DNA of 52,120 nucleotides, counting the filler, from Sphacelaria rigidula (Eukaryota): NCBI GenBank assembly GCA_964200075.2. It is 4 parts of 4 records of this genome, joined end to end, with 100 filler letters (N's around TTAATTAATTAA, not from the genome) between each part and the next. Parts side by side here need not be neighbours in the genome. Positions count along the whole stretch, not along the records: positions 26,115 to 39,069 come from CAXNAA020003270.1; positions 39,170 to 52,120 come from CAXNAA020003271.1; 2 more parts are not named here. One strand, given 5' to 3'. Both the position numbers and the translations under genes were made by a program. Shown piece by piece: positions 26,015 to 39,255 of the stretch; position 1 is the first letter of the stretch, and every line of letters starts with the position of its first letter. The notes beneath the pieces are model-generated. The model did not search any database and was not told the origin of the DNA. It saw only the letters and a list, made by a program, of their open reading frames with translations.

Positions 26015-26114
26015 NNNNNNNNNNNNNNNNNNNNNNNNNNNNNNNNNNNNNNNNNNNNTTAATTAATTAANNNNNNNNNNNNNNNNNNNNNNNNNNNNNN
26101 NNNNNNNNNNNNNN
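26015..26114. other. Artificial contig linker N44-TTAATTAATTAA-N44
   Basis: Same 100-nt spacer. Confidence 0.97.
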
Positions 26115-27113
26115 GACTAATCAGAAGCGGGGGAATTTGATTTGTCCGCACGTTTTCGACACGAAAACATTTCGATAAGACACGGCCTTACCCATCGTTT
26201 TTTTTTTCGCCAAACTAGGGTACACCCGCCTCCTGATGCCAGCCATTCCGAGGGAATCTGGACGTCAAAGGGCTACGTTGCTGTTTGATTTGAGAGAGGG
26301 GTGAATCCGGGATCCGAAGTGTGTAATTTCCGCTGTGCTCCCGAGAACTACTAGTTAGCACGTTCCTGTGGAAACTTCTCGTTTTCCAGCCTGCAACGGC
26401 GCGATGTCCATCCGAATATCCCAGAAATTTCTGCAGGGCTTGATACCTTACGGCGGAGCTTGAAGTCGCCGTCGGTATCTGACACGACTCAGTATTGCTT
26501 TGGTGAAAACCGAAGCTCTTCTGCGTAGCATTGACAACCCATCAAATAATGTCTATCTCTTGGTGCATCACCAGCGATAGCGAGATAATGAAAACATACA
26601 CCAGTGACCTTGATAGCCAACGTGGTCGAGTGTGATAGAGCTGAGGATCAAGCCCTGCACATGTTGCAATGGAAGTTCAGGTTGTCTCGGGTATTTGCGT
26701 ATAAATGATCTTATGCCTTAGCTAACCACACCATGTTCTCCAGTGAGCGCAAGCTACTATGAACGATAGTGGTGGACATATGTCATGATATAAAATGCGG
26801 GGCACAAGGATTGACGGACAAAGATTTAGCACGAATGTAGGGTCATTATACGATTAACTGCAACTTGAGGATAGGCTAATTTTGAAACCTGGGAATCAGG
26901 GCTTTGTTCGCCAAACTCAAGGACATACACACCCTTTGTTTTTGGCGCATTGGCGCATTCGCCGATTCAACGGGGGTAGTGGGACATCAGAGGCAAGGTG
27001 TAATATCTCAGGTGTATATCCGCGAGCACCTTCAGCGAGTGTGTCTGCATATTTACTGAGGTTTGTTCATCTTGCTTGTGCCAATGGCTGTATTCGTTTC
27101 GGATCAACTGCCG

Positions 27114-27336
27114 TGTGTGCTGTGTTGTGTGTTGCCATCCCATCTACTCTGAACGCCAGTCTACACCTTTCGATACATGTGGACGCACCAGCCGGGGTCA
27201 CACAGGATGAAGGTCAACACAGGAGTTTTCTCTTTTACATCTGTTTTGGTTCTTCACCTTCTTTCTGCGGCGCTCACCTTATTTTTTTATCGCGAAAGGG
27301 GTTCAGCACTCCCGTTCTCTCGTCGACCGTGAAGTC
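27114..27336 (-). mobile_element. SINE copy, 5'-truncated
   Basis: Shares GCACCAGCCGGGGTCACACAGGA.GAAGG.CAACACAGGAGT with 15198-15342 and CTCGTCGACCGTG with positions 18-30. Confidence 0.7.
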
Positions 27337-28944
27337 ACCGTGCGACAACCAATTAATAGATCGATCAATCAACGGTAGGCGGTACGGTGATTACTGCTGC
27401 GATGCCTACCACCCCTCAACAGCAGACTTGTCTGACGTTGCTGAACGTCTACACGCGCATTCGAGTCTCACCAAGGTGGATGATCCCAGGTACTCCGGGG
27501 TTTGACGCTACTCACCTAGGATTCCAACGGCACTCTGTAGGTGAAGTCAAATCTTTGAGAAATCTCAGGAGCGCAGTTGAATAGCGGCTTAAAATCATAG
27601 TGGCCATTGAGACTGAGATCTAGTTCTTGCCGTGCTGATTCTCAACTAGTCAGTGCCCGTTGCACATGCAGTGACGGCCCGCCGTTAATAAATTCCTAAT
27701 TAAGGAACCAAGGCTACTTCTTTGAAACAACAAACAGAAATCCGCCTGGCGAGGAGTTGGTGTGACCTAGTGAACGCCACACTAACTCATACCGGGCATA
27801 AATTTATTTATACAATATTCCCGAGTTTTCATGTATCGGGTGAAGCAGGGCACGACGGGTTCCAGACTTGCGTTGAACGGAAGCTTCTGCGAAACAGGCC
27901 AATAACGTACTGGTGCTCGGAGTATTGACAAATATTAACCCATCCTTCCAAGTGCGCTATCGGTACACTCCTTCCACCGTATGCAAGGGTAAAGGTAACC
28001 AGGGCTAGATCCTAACGGTAAAACACTCTTTTTTTGCTCTCCTCACTTATAACTCCTCCCCTTTCTCAGGATGAGTCCGTGGCCTTAAGGGATTGGGCCA
28101 TCTCTCTTCCGCCTTACACTTTGGTGTTGCGGAATCGGTCAGCTCTCCCGCACCGCGCCGACCACCGTCTATGAAACTTAGCCGAAGAAGCTCCTTCCGC
28201 TACTCATTTCCCCACACTTTCAACGGCGCGAATTAGATTCCCATCTGGCGGGAACCGAACCCGCGCTTTTCCCGCCCTAACGATGTACGTTGTACCACTA
28301 CACCACCGGGGTGCAGCGACTATGAAGTTGACATCCGTTTCGACCGTTGTGAGTAAACTCGTAGATCACGACTCGCCCAGCATCGAGCACAGTTTGATGC
28401 CGCTGATAAGGTGTGATTGAGCTCAGGGAGATGAAGCAGTGTATTGTGAACGTGGTAGACACAGTCACCAAGTGGTGCCATCTAGGGCTGAGGTTTAATT
28501 CACCCCTCAACGCGCCGCTTGGCCCACTTGCGGTTCATATTCATCCGTAGTTGAACGTACTTTCCACGTCATGCCCACCACGACCTGTTCTTCAACCGAG
28601 ATCTCGAAGGGGGGGGCGCGTTCGAGTTTGAGCTCGATGCCCGATACACGAAGGTACCTTTTGCCTCGCGCTGCACTTCGGGCATACTCTGGTTTCAAGA
28701 TCGCGCTCCGGAGAATCTTGCCCCCCTTCTCGTCAAGCGCACGGGGGTTGTTTCCTCTCTAGCGGCGATTCATTCTCGACAATTCAATAATGTAAAAACA
28801 TACAGCCGGCATGCCTTCACGTGAGAGCTACTGATGCATTAGTCCCTCGCGGCACCAACTCCGTTTATATCAACAAACAACCCTTCCACCCATTCGGGAT
28901 GAATTTCGAGCTGTCGTAAAAGGGATAACGAAAAGATATCGACG

Positions 28945-31900
28945 TCACGAGGCGTTGAGCTTGACAACCATAGCTGTAATATCGTCCACAACAGCTGATA
29001 ATCCTTCCCAACGCTTTCGGGCTGTGTGAGCGAGGAGCGAGGCAGCCCCCTGTGGATCCCAGGAGTTACCGCGACCACGTGCGGCATACCCCTGCACTAT
29101 TTGAACGGCTTGACCGATCTCCGTCACGTCCCACACTCCATCTGTAGCCAAGATCAGGAACTAGGACCAGGCAAAGAGCAGGCGAGTCAACAGGGCGGTA
29201 CAAGGGACTTATATTCGAAAATTGTCCCTTTCACGATAGGAGCCATCGACGACATGGTAATTGGCAGGTCTAGTTGCGTCAGACGGTCGAACGCTGAATT
29301 GTGTCTTCCTCCATGTATCAACAATGAGTTTCATTGCCTGATGGGAACATGAACGCAAGAACATAGTATCATAATCAGCTATTGAAGAACACAAATTTAC
29401 AATGGTTGTTGATAGTTACCTCTTAAGCTGCTGAGACATAGGGGCGCGTGGAAAATGTCCTTTTATGCCACCGTTTCTCTATGGTGTCAAGGCTACCATT
29501 GGCGGTAAGGGTTTGAAGATATCACGCGTTGCTTCAACGTGCTTCCAACGACCTAGGTGACTGCTTGAGGTGACGCGAGTACATCAACATTTTGACGTTA
29601 TTTTGAACCGTTGTTGGAAAACAGAATACAACGAGGGATCTAGGTAATGAACATGTCTTCCCGTCCGTTTCACCTGGCCGTTGGAGACGACGATTTCGCG
29701 CCCGCCAGTGACGCATTGCCCAATATCTCACCAATATACGCACCTTCTTTAGTATCCATATGATCTCCTAATGCTTCCGTTCCTTTTTTTTGTTTTCTTT
29801 TTTTCTTAGAGCGTGTTTGAGTTTCGTTTTTCTTGAGTACGTCTATCATGAGACCGCGGCTGGACCCCGGGGGGGGCAGTTAAAGTGCGACAATCAATCA
29901 AAATCACTTCCCTCTTTCACCTGATCGTTCATGTCGATTTCGTGTTCCATCATCTCCGGCTCCGAGGACACCCCCGCTTGGTGCGCGATATCATCCCCGA
30001 GACTTCGACTCATCGCCAGGCCCATTATGTCTCCGCGACAACGGTACCACACGCGCGCCGGACCCATCGGAATGCGGATGGGACCGGACGGACCCGAGCC
30101 GACCACCAGATGTCGTGATCCCACCTGCGCGGGTCATTGCATGCACGGAATCACGAGGGCAACGGTATCTTCTGCGTCATCCTATTACGCCTTGCGTTCA
30201 AACTCGATTGTGCGAGTAACTTATTTTTGGGTCGTAGGGGAGGCATACGTTTACTACAAATAGACAAGAGCGTATGCCCTCAGTACGAAAACCGGCTGGG
30301 AAAAGGAAGCCATGTGAAAATGGTTTGGAACATGTTTTGAAAGTTCATCGCAACATCTCACAGCAGAAACCACTTTCATCTATCTTTGGTGGGTGCTATT
30401 TCTGTGAAATCCAGACGTCTAAGATAGAGTTCCGGGGAAGTGGACTGGAGTCTTGTCCAGGAGGGGGATATGTGATGATCTACGACAAGTGGGAATGGCA
30501 TTCATTTTTATAGGGGCAACAATGCTGCTATCTTCCGGACGCCAATTCTGGAAACGGAAACACTCAATCGTGTGAGAAGCGGCATCCATTTCTACATTAT
30601 GGTCGTTTCAGAACTTCTGGTTAACCTGCAGGTACTGTCCGTATGTCTGCTCTGACGGGGTGAGGGCTCTCGTTGAGACCAGCGGAGCACGAATTACTCA
30701 AGAGGTGCATCCACTACCCTGAATCCAATCTTGTCACCGACTACCAGTCTCATGATAAGCAGAAAGACATGGGCGTTACACGTGGATGCTGAAACCTGTT
30801 CGAGAATACCTCTGAGAGCCTAAAGTCAGGGGAACTGAAAGCGTGCCCGTAAGCCTCCAAAACGAAGCTGGGGCAACAGACGTACTATCGTTGGGGTTGG
30901 AGCGGCTGAGCGAGCTGAATGTCCCCGCGGGTAGTAGTGGAGGTTTTACCTGGCCGCCGATGGCAAGTATTCGTTGCCGCTCGTCAGGTCGATCTGGTTT
31001 GTGGTCTTCCGACAGCGGAACCGCGCAAATTTGCCCGTTCACCAGCCGTGCCAATACACATTTCGAGTCCCCTAAATTGGCGACATTGATCTGTCATGGC
31101 GACCGTGAAGCGGCGGAGATGGCAGCAGGCAGCAGGGGCGTGGGGTCGGAGAGAAGCATTGGCAGTCCATGTCGCGCGGCCACACGGAAATACGTAAGAT
31201 TTCGAGTCACGCATTGTATACCCACCGTGTACCCTTGTGGCCTTCATCTGGCTTGTGGAGATTAATTAACCTAATGCAGAATAATTTTTGGTAGATGTTA
31301 AGCGCTGGTGTGGTTCTAGGTAAAGGCATCGGTGGAGTTCCCTATACCTTGTCCACAACGAGCATGTGAGTCAGGGTGGTTCACGCACATTTTTAGAGTT
31401 TCGTCCATCTCGTTTAAATTTATCGCGCATGGGGGGGCATTTTACGCGCGTTCGAATGATTGGGTGTTGACACCATTATTTCACCCTCGCCGAGCGCTGC
31501 GCATATTACTCACGTTCCCACGCACGACTCGTGCACTCCATTCAGTACTCTTTTATCCATACTTCACATGTGGACATGTAAAACACAATCAAATGTAAAT
31601 TGAAATATGATGCTTCGCTGAGAGATGCTTATCACACACGCTCAAGTGGCGCAGTCTTAGCTTTTAAATCCCGTACGAAATAAGGTTGGACACCAGTGGG
31701 CTGATTCTACAACGGACAAACGCAATGTTTAAGCCCCCACCCCCCCCCCCCCCTCCCCTTCCGGTCTGGCAAAATGCGCACCACCCACGCTCACATGGTC
31801 CCACGTCTACAAATTTTCCGCTTCTGGATTGTTGCATCACAATAGTAAAGTGTCATATTAGGGATTTTCCATCTATTCCAACGCGGAATCTTCGTGACTT

Positions 31901-34900
31901 TATGTCAATACACGATTGCTCTCGCAGGGGAAGGTCCCGACATGCTCGCCGTCAAGCAGTAAAGCATGACCTCGCATGACCTCGCCGCGAAGGGGGTTCG
32001 ACTATAACATAAATGACGACGCCTCGACATTTCCGATCGCCATCGGGTGGTTCGTCCCCTGCACAAGATGAGTGTAGCGACCGATACCACCATTTCGCAT
32101 GATTAACACGTTTTGATAAATAATAGCTCATACAACAACAGGCGAAGTGCACTAGAGAGGCCAAACACACACACTGGATGATCCAGATCGTCGAAAGGCC
32201 GGAAGAACTTGGGATCCGGTGAGCTAAGTTTGCACACTAGGATGGACGAGTATGTAATCAATATGTATCAAGTTGATTGGGGGGTTGTTGTGGTGTAAGT
32301 ATCTCACCTTTCCCCCTTGAATAATGGCCAGCACAAGCGTTGCCCCGCTCGATGAACAATCCACACCACATGTTCGCAGGTCGTCGCACATTCTAGCTGT
32401 AGCCCTCTCGAAGCTTAGCCCGGATTCGACCACGAGTTTGGGAATAAGCTCAGCGCACCGTCGGCTAACGAGGTGGCCCAACTGACACGATAGGAGACCA
32501 GTTCGATGAGACCGGTTCGACAGATCAGTCGAGATGATGGACAAGCGCGCTGGGGTTTTGAAGCACCACTTGAGGTACCAGGATTTGCATTCACGTTACG
32601 AGAAGGTGGGTGGGTGCTGTGAACATGGTAAGGGGAATCAAGATTGGAGCAATGCTACGGTAGGGGTGCGCTTTTTGCGCGAAATCTTGTCTGGTTCAGG
32701 GGCTCCCAAAGATTCTAGATGCACAAGAACATGGGTCAGGGTACCCCCGTTTGCAGATTCATTTGGGACATTCCTAGCACGTTGGACTATTAATCCTAGC
32801 GTACTCTCACATATTTCATGAGTCGTGTTTTGGATGAGATAAAGGACTCCTGACGATTCAAACCTCAGAAAATATTTGTGCACCCCTACCGTAGCATCCC
32901 TCATCGGCTTCACCGTATGGCGGCAAAAAAGCAGTACCGTAAGCGATCGCTCATGCTTGATTTCGCGCGTAACACACGAAGCATCGTGCCTGTATGTTTA
33001 CCATGGGGGAGTTCTGACCTGCGTTATTGGTGCTCGGCCGTACGACTTTCGGCGACTACTGGATATACTTGTTGCTGGAGTTGGTTCCCCTCTAAAAGGG
33101 GCCCGAGAGGCATGGCTTACGCTCAAGGCATATACACCTACGTAAATGAGCTGGACGCTGGGTTTCTGTTGAAATGTGCTATACTAACCGCCAAATCACC
33201 GAGGAACACAATAACTGTCATGCTTGACGGCAAGAACTCAAGCAGGTATAGTGCTATGACACGCTGCGAATGGGGTAAAGTTCCATGATGCCGTCATTAC
33301 CTCCCCGTGACCATCCAGCACGACAAACAGGCGAACAGCACCCCCACCCAACTCCTCTTCCGCCGCGAAGTTATCCTGATTTTCCCAGCGGTGGTTGCCT
33401 GGTTTGTGTCCCTATGGTAATAGAGCGTACGGCCAGGAAAATATGAAGGCTAAACGACGGGATGCATGGAAATAGACTCGAGGGTCTTACAAATGTAGGC
33501 CACATTTGAAGAGCGATCGTTCAATATTTCTGACGCGTGCTGCATGGTATTGTAACGCACGATGTTATCAGGTTGCTCGAGCATGCGCGGTTGCTTCCTC
33601 TGGGTCAGCATCTACGTCTGTAGGCGACAGACGTGGCCATGATCGTGCGAAATGCTATCCCTCATGCTAACCACTACACTAGCCCTAACCCTAACCCTAA
33701 CCCTAACCCTTGGACCTGTCAGGGCAGTTCAAAATAGCGGGTCTGTTGCTTGTCGCCACATTTTTCAACGCACGACATGTCAGTGGGACGTACCATGGCG
33801 CCCGAGAGGTGCCAGTAGCACGTGCATGTGGGACTGAGAGATGCCAAAACAAACGCCACTAGAAAATCTCCGGTGCCATGACACGTCTCACTGGTACGCC
33901 TCAGGGTGGCATTGGTATCATGAGCTATCGTAGATGACTGTGGAAAAAGTTCACATCCGAAATTCGAATCTCGAGCGAAACATCGCCGGCCACACGTTTT
34001 CGTCTCGACTTGCGGAGCTGGCCTGTACACCGAGTCTTTTCCTACTTGCGTCGAATTCATACGAGCCTGAGCTTGTCCACCACGAGATTCGACGAATATC
34101 GAGCGGTTCGAAACAGAAAACGGTAAGTCAACGTAGACCACAGGACTACTGGCGTTCGGAAATAGTAAACATAGGCGTGGAGTCCCCTGAAAACGTATCA
34201 CCGGCACAGTAAATTTACCCAGCTGAGGCCTCGCTAGCTTTTCCCCCTCTTGAACCTTACGCGAGCACTACCTGCGACGGGAAGAAACAATTGTCATAAC
34301 TCTCGAGGTTCCGCTGTGCGGGCGACAGGCCAACTCGAGTATTATTCGTCAGCGCCCAAAACGATACCCCATGAACATCTACAACACAGACACAGTTGGA
34401 AACCGCGGCAACGCATCACTCGAAGCACCTGTATTGTATATGTCCCGCTGGTTGCACATCCCTCCTCCCGCACAACGAGCTCCTTGCCCCCCCCGGCGAA
34501 CTGCTGCGCCTTGGGTTGATGAAATCCCCCTCTACCCGCTGCCATGGAGCCATCCTTCCCTGCCCCCACCCCCCCCGCGCCCACACCAATCGACGGCAGT
34601 TTTCCCCCGCCCCCCGCCGATGGATCACCACCCCCAGCACCACTTCCCGCGTGCCCACGATGTCTGGCTGCTCCTCGTCGCATCCCGCGCGTAGAGTTGC
34701 CCGTGTCCAGTCTCTCACGAGACCGAGTGTATCTTTGCGGGATGCTCATCCTGCCACCTCCCCCGAACGTATCCGCTCCCAGCCCCCCGGTGCCCCCGGT
34801 CCCTGAGTTATTCAAGTGGTTGGTGACACAATTCAAGACGGTATACTATTGGATGGACGTTGAGAGGAGAGCAACTATGTCGTGGGTACACAAAATTCGA

Positions 34901-37900
34901 CTTCACGGTCGACGAGGGAAAGGAACCGCTGAACCCCCCTCACGATAAAACAACGAGGCGAGCATCGCAGAAGGAAGGTAGAGTGCTAAAACAGAATTAA
35001 AAAAAAAAAAGACTCTTGTGTTGGGCTTCCTCCTGTGTGACCCCGGCTGATGCGTCCACATATACCGAAAGGTGTAGCTATAGACTGGCGTTCAGAATAG
35101 ATAGGATGACAACGCAACATACATCAGTCAATGCGACCTACAGTTGGGTGATTGAGTTTTCTGAGTTCAATCCTCAACAGTGGTACATGACACCTACCAG
35201 TCTAGGTCGATGTAAGCAGGATTCGGACATGCGGCGCAATAAGTTTCGCAGTTTTAACTTTTCGGCGGATCGTTTTTCTTGACCGTTTTCCTGGCGTTCT
35301 CGCGAAAATATCAAGGACGTTGCTTTTTCAAAACGGGACAGTCCTGCACGCGACAACAGCACCCAAAGCAGGGGTAGTCAGAGCTCTCGTGCGGCAATCA
35401 CCGTGAAAACGCCTTCCGTTCTACTGATGAATATGCCCGTTGCTGGAGGCACTGCTGAGAAGGTGTCCAGAAAGAATCTCAATGAAAATGAGAGACGCGC
35501 GTTGATCGAGGATCTCCTCAAGGGCAGCAACAATGGGCCAATAATGCACGCCTAAGGGTGAAAAATGATGTCTGCGTATAAACCCCGGGGACATCTCCCT
35601 TCATCCCCTTTGCTCCGAGGGTCACTTGCATAATTTAACACTTCGACGCTTGTAGGACTGCTCTACAGTCATGCTAGGGCGGTCCATCCATATCAGGCTT
35701 CTATTTCGTTTTTTCCAAATCCTGCCTATATTTCGGCCCAGACTGGTAAATTCTTTCGAGCGAAGATGCCCCCGGGAAGCCCAATCAGTTCGAGATATGC
35801 CTTCAATCGTGTGCTAGAATACACAATCATACGAGAGGAAGGGGTAAGAGGTACTGCTGCAGCTTCTAAATGCATGGAGTATGATGAAAAATCGCAATAC
35901 ACTTGACGCCGGCTCTAATATGACTACTATACAGCTCAGGGCCACGATACTACACCGTCGATATCTAGTGTGTGGACAATCAAACATCACTTCGACGCGA
36001 GCGCGCAGTTTTTCGGAAACACATTCACTCTCATGCCACCGTTCATTGATTGGGGGTACCTCCTCTCCTCACACCAACGTTTCCCATATTTTTCACCGAA
36101 AGGAAGCAACGCCGTGTATCATCGGCAACTAAGATGGACATCACGTCAAACCCACCTCTCTATTGCACCTTCATGGAACTTGGTTGACCGCATCAGAACG
36201 TGACGAAAAATCTCAAGTTATAGTGTTCAGTTTCCCGCGTTTCTGCTGCCACTCTTTTCCTACATTGTACTGCACCACTTTCCTTTCTCCTGGCACCATG
36301 TGTGTTCGCACGAATGGCAGTCAAGCCCTATGATGGATAAAAGTAGAGTACTATTTCCTGCTGCGTACTTCCCAGGAACCGCCAACGAAATATGTACGTT
36401 GTGTCACCTCCATATCTGATAAATATCTACCCTCAGCTGCGAAAGCACTAGAACAATATAAGGCTTGCTTTTTTCGCCCCCCCCTTTTCCCGTGCTCTGA
36501 CTCGTTGACAGCACGAAGGGGTAGACAAGGAGCTGACGACTCAAACATCACCGTAGATAGAGTATTGTACGCCTTACCGAACATCCTTCGGCAAAACAGG
36601 AAGGGCGATTGGGCACCGGTGTTCGCTACAAGCAAGTACAGCAACGCTTACTCCCGGCGAGGATGCGTTGTCAAGGGTCCAAGAGTTGAAGCAGGTGAAA
36701 CTTGAGCACGCCCCTCTACCTCTATTACCGTTGAAGCACTCGCCTGCGCCTGTGGAGTCCCCCACCCTACCGCTACTCCCAAGTCCTTGCGACGTGCCGC
36801 TGTTCACGGTACTGTAGCTGGAGTGAGGGTTGCCGTTCCGAGATGGAGGCGCCATCGCGTTTCTTTGCGCGCCAGATAATCTGGTGCTTCTCTGAGAAGA
36901 GGAGGGGAGCCACATGCTGCCTCCGTTGCCTCCGGACGTCCCGGCAGCGCCATTGCTGTTGCTGTTGTGGTCTCCGCCACCGCCCTTCATTTTGAGATAG
37001 GATATTAGGGTAGAGGGGAGGTATACTCATGATCTTGCGTGCCGTAGTCATACGACCGTTGACCTCGCATCCCTACGAAGTCAGGACGGAGCACGTCGGT
37101 TTTTCGCCGGGCCAGGTTCGCAATCACCAAGCGCGAAGCGCCGTGATGGGCTCGGCGAGTCGCATGGGGGGTGAGCTGCATGTTACTGAGATTGTTTTGT
37201 CCGAAGCGTACTGATCATTTTCTATGTGGATGACAGCCTCGATTAAGATGCTTCATTTTCTGGTATCACCACTTGCAGAGACAACCACGGGTTACACATT
37301 GCCTCATGGGTGTCTCACCGTGAACAACTACGTAGTACGGTCATGCCCTTGGCGCGGAATTCATGATCTCTACCCCGCACAGCATAATATAGCTCAATCA
37401 CTGTCATGGCTACCACACAAAACGCAAGCGAACCGCCCGCCCCCGGTAACCTGGTTACCAAGCATGTGGTGAGTGGCGTGTTCAACAGCGTCGTCGCCAA
37501 CCGACGCCAACCCTCTAAAGGCAGGGAGATACGGGGGAGGAATATGTGCACGCGTTTCAGGCAGCTGCTAGCTACCGCTCTGATACATCTGGCGCATACA
37601 CCCCTACAAGAGGTATTGTAACTGAAGAGAGGATGGGAAGCGTTGTGGCTATCCTTGAAATCGTGGCATACGAAAATGTGCGGACTTCACCAAATGAAGC
37701 AACGCTCAACATACAGACAGGTGGTGTAATTCATGACCCGATTGATATGATATAGAAGATTTGCCCCCCCTACTCGTGATGCACGATTCACACGTAATTG
37801 AAACTTGTGCGGCCTGACGTGGTGCTGGATTTGTCGTCCGCGTGGTTTCCCCGCTCCCTGTTGAAGCCTAACTGAGAGCATTTGGAATTTGAGTGGGAAG

Positions 37901-38964
37901 GTAGGTTTCAAGGGTCGGACAAATAGTGATTCGTCTGTAAATTACTTGGTTTTAGTATGACTGATTCGACTCGTACGAATCAATCCCTAGGCTTTGTTTT
38001 CAGTGTTGCAACCCAGGTACACGCAGCCCAGACACGTGGAATGGCGCGAAAGTTGCGTAGATACCCCTTGGACAAGCGAATAACTTGTTTCTCCCTTTTG
38101 GGCAAACAGGCTGAAGAAATCGTGGATTTGGTGATCGGTAGTCGTGATGATTCGTCCCAACCGTAGTAGCTTTCCTTGACTAGCCATCCCGTAAAACGTG
38201 TTCTCTTCGGTACACTAGTTATGAGATATATTTTGCGACCCAATGTCACGCAAGAAGCACTCTTTGTGGTGAAATGGCGAAGCTCTTGTCATGTACACAG
38301 CCGAACGCTCATGGAACATTTCTTTTCAACCGTAGCGTGAGCTTGAAGCTCTCAGGTGATACCTTGCCGCCACCTATGGCTGAAACACAACGAGGGGGAA
38401 ATCGGCATGGTCGCTAATACTCGTCTCGTCAAATCATCCTTCATAAGCCTACCCGCGTCTCAAGTACAACTACATTAAGGTGCTTCCTCCAGTTTCCAAG
38501 CGTATTCTACACCGTCATATTTTTTGTCGAGAATACTCCGAACCATGCCTTGTCTCTACAAAGCATACCGTTGGCTGACACCTGCAGCTTGCAATAGACC
38601 TCTCAGCGTTGTACACACCGCATATACTCGTTTCGCGCAATAACTTAAACCACGCCATAGGTGCTACGAACTCCTTCTACTGTTGGACCCATACCTCTTT
38701 CCGCCCGTGTAAGACCGCATTTTGCGCCGTCGCATTTCGCTGCCCTCCACTGTTGATATCAACAAGGAATCGATCCCGTTCGTTCCTCGTCCTAGCGTGC
38801 GCGCCTGCCGACGAAAGGGCGAGCCCCACTCCGGCCCCTGAGGAGCCCCCGTACGCGCTGGGCACACCATCGCCCCCTGCGCTGGTGTTTGCTCGGCGTT
38901 TGTACCCTCGATTACCGTGTTTACTATGCAACCGGTGTCGATTTTGATACGGCGATGGGTACAT
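28945..38964 (-). CDS. Protein phosphatase 2C (PPM family) with long Gly/Ser-rich N-terminal extension, 8 exons, ~576 aa
   Basis: Exons 38964-38695, 36984-36744, 34802-34429, 33411-33301, 32481-32308, 31090-30950, 30124-29921, 29160-28945 (1731 nt, phases consistent). PP2C motifs: [46 protein letters not shown]. The first two exons are less certain than the catalytic exons. Confidence 0.9.
29830..29902 (+). repeat. Retroposon-like 3' end with (ATCA)n tail, copy 1
   Basis: GTACGTCTATCATGAGACC...AAGTGCGACAATCAATCAA recurs at 45900-45976. Confidence 0.6.
33683..33710. repeat. Interstitial telomere-type (CCCTAA)n, ~4.7 units, in PP2C intron
   Basis: Directly visible. Confidence 0.8.
34966..35124 (+). 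mobile_element. SINE copy (3' part), opposite orientation, in PP2C intron
   Basis: Reverse complement of the body in 15198-15342 and 27114-27336 (TCCTGTGTGACCCCGGCTG.TGCGTCCAC). Confidence 0.7.
35141..35555 (+). mobile_element. Probable Tc1/mariner-type transposon 5' fragment
   Basis: TA|CAGT start. The short frame 35427-35555 ([24 protein letters not shown]) resembles the N-terminus of plant/oomycete-type mariner transposases. Confidence 0.4.
37010..37335. repeat. Dispersed ~330-bp repeat, copy 2 (PP2C intron 1)
   Basis: Aligns with 271-607. Confidence 0.8.
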
Positions 38965-39069
38965 TCCCCCTTGTTGCGATCCGCCGCCATAAGGCTGTAT
39001 ATAGTGACGACAGGAGAGATGAGGTCCGGTGGGGCGGGCGGGGGGGAGGGGGTGTACTCATGATCATGC

Positions 39070-39169
39070 NNNNNNNNNNNNNNNNNNNNNNNNNNNNNNN
39101 NNNNNNNNNNNNNTTAATTAATTAANNNNNNNNNNNNNNNNNNNNNNNNNNNNNNNNNNNNNNNNNNNN
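39070..39169. other. Artificial contig linker N44-TTAATTAATTAA-N44
   Basis: Same 100-nt spacer. Confidence 0.97.
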
Positions 39170-39255
39170 TTTAATCACGGTGAGGTGTACGTTCTACTAG
39201 TTGAAGTCATGTTCCGCAGTTTCAATCATCTCGAGCTCAGACAGAATAGGGTGTT

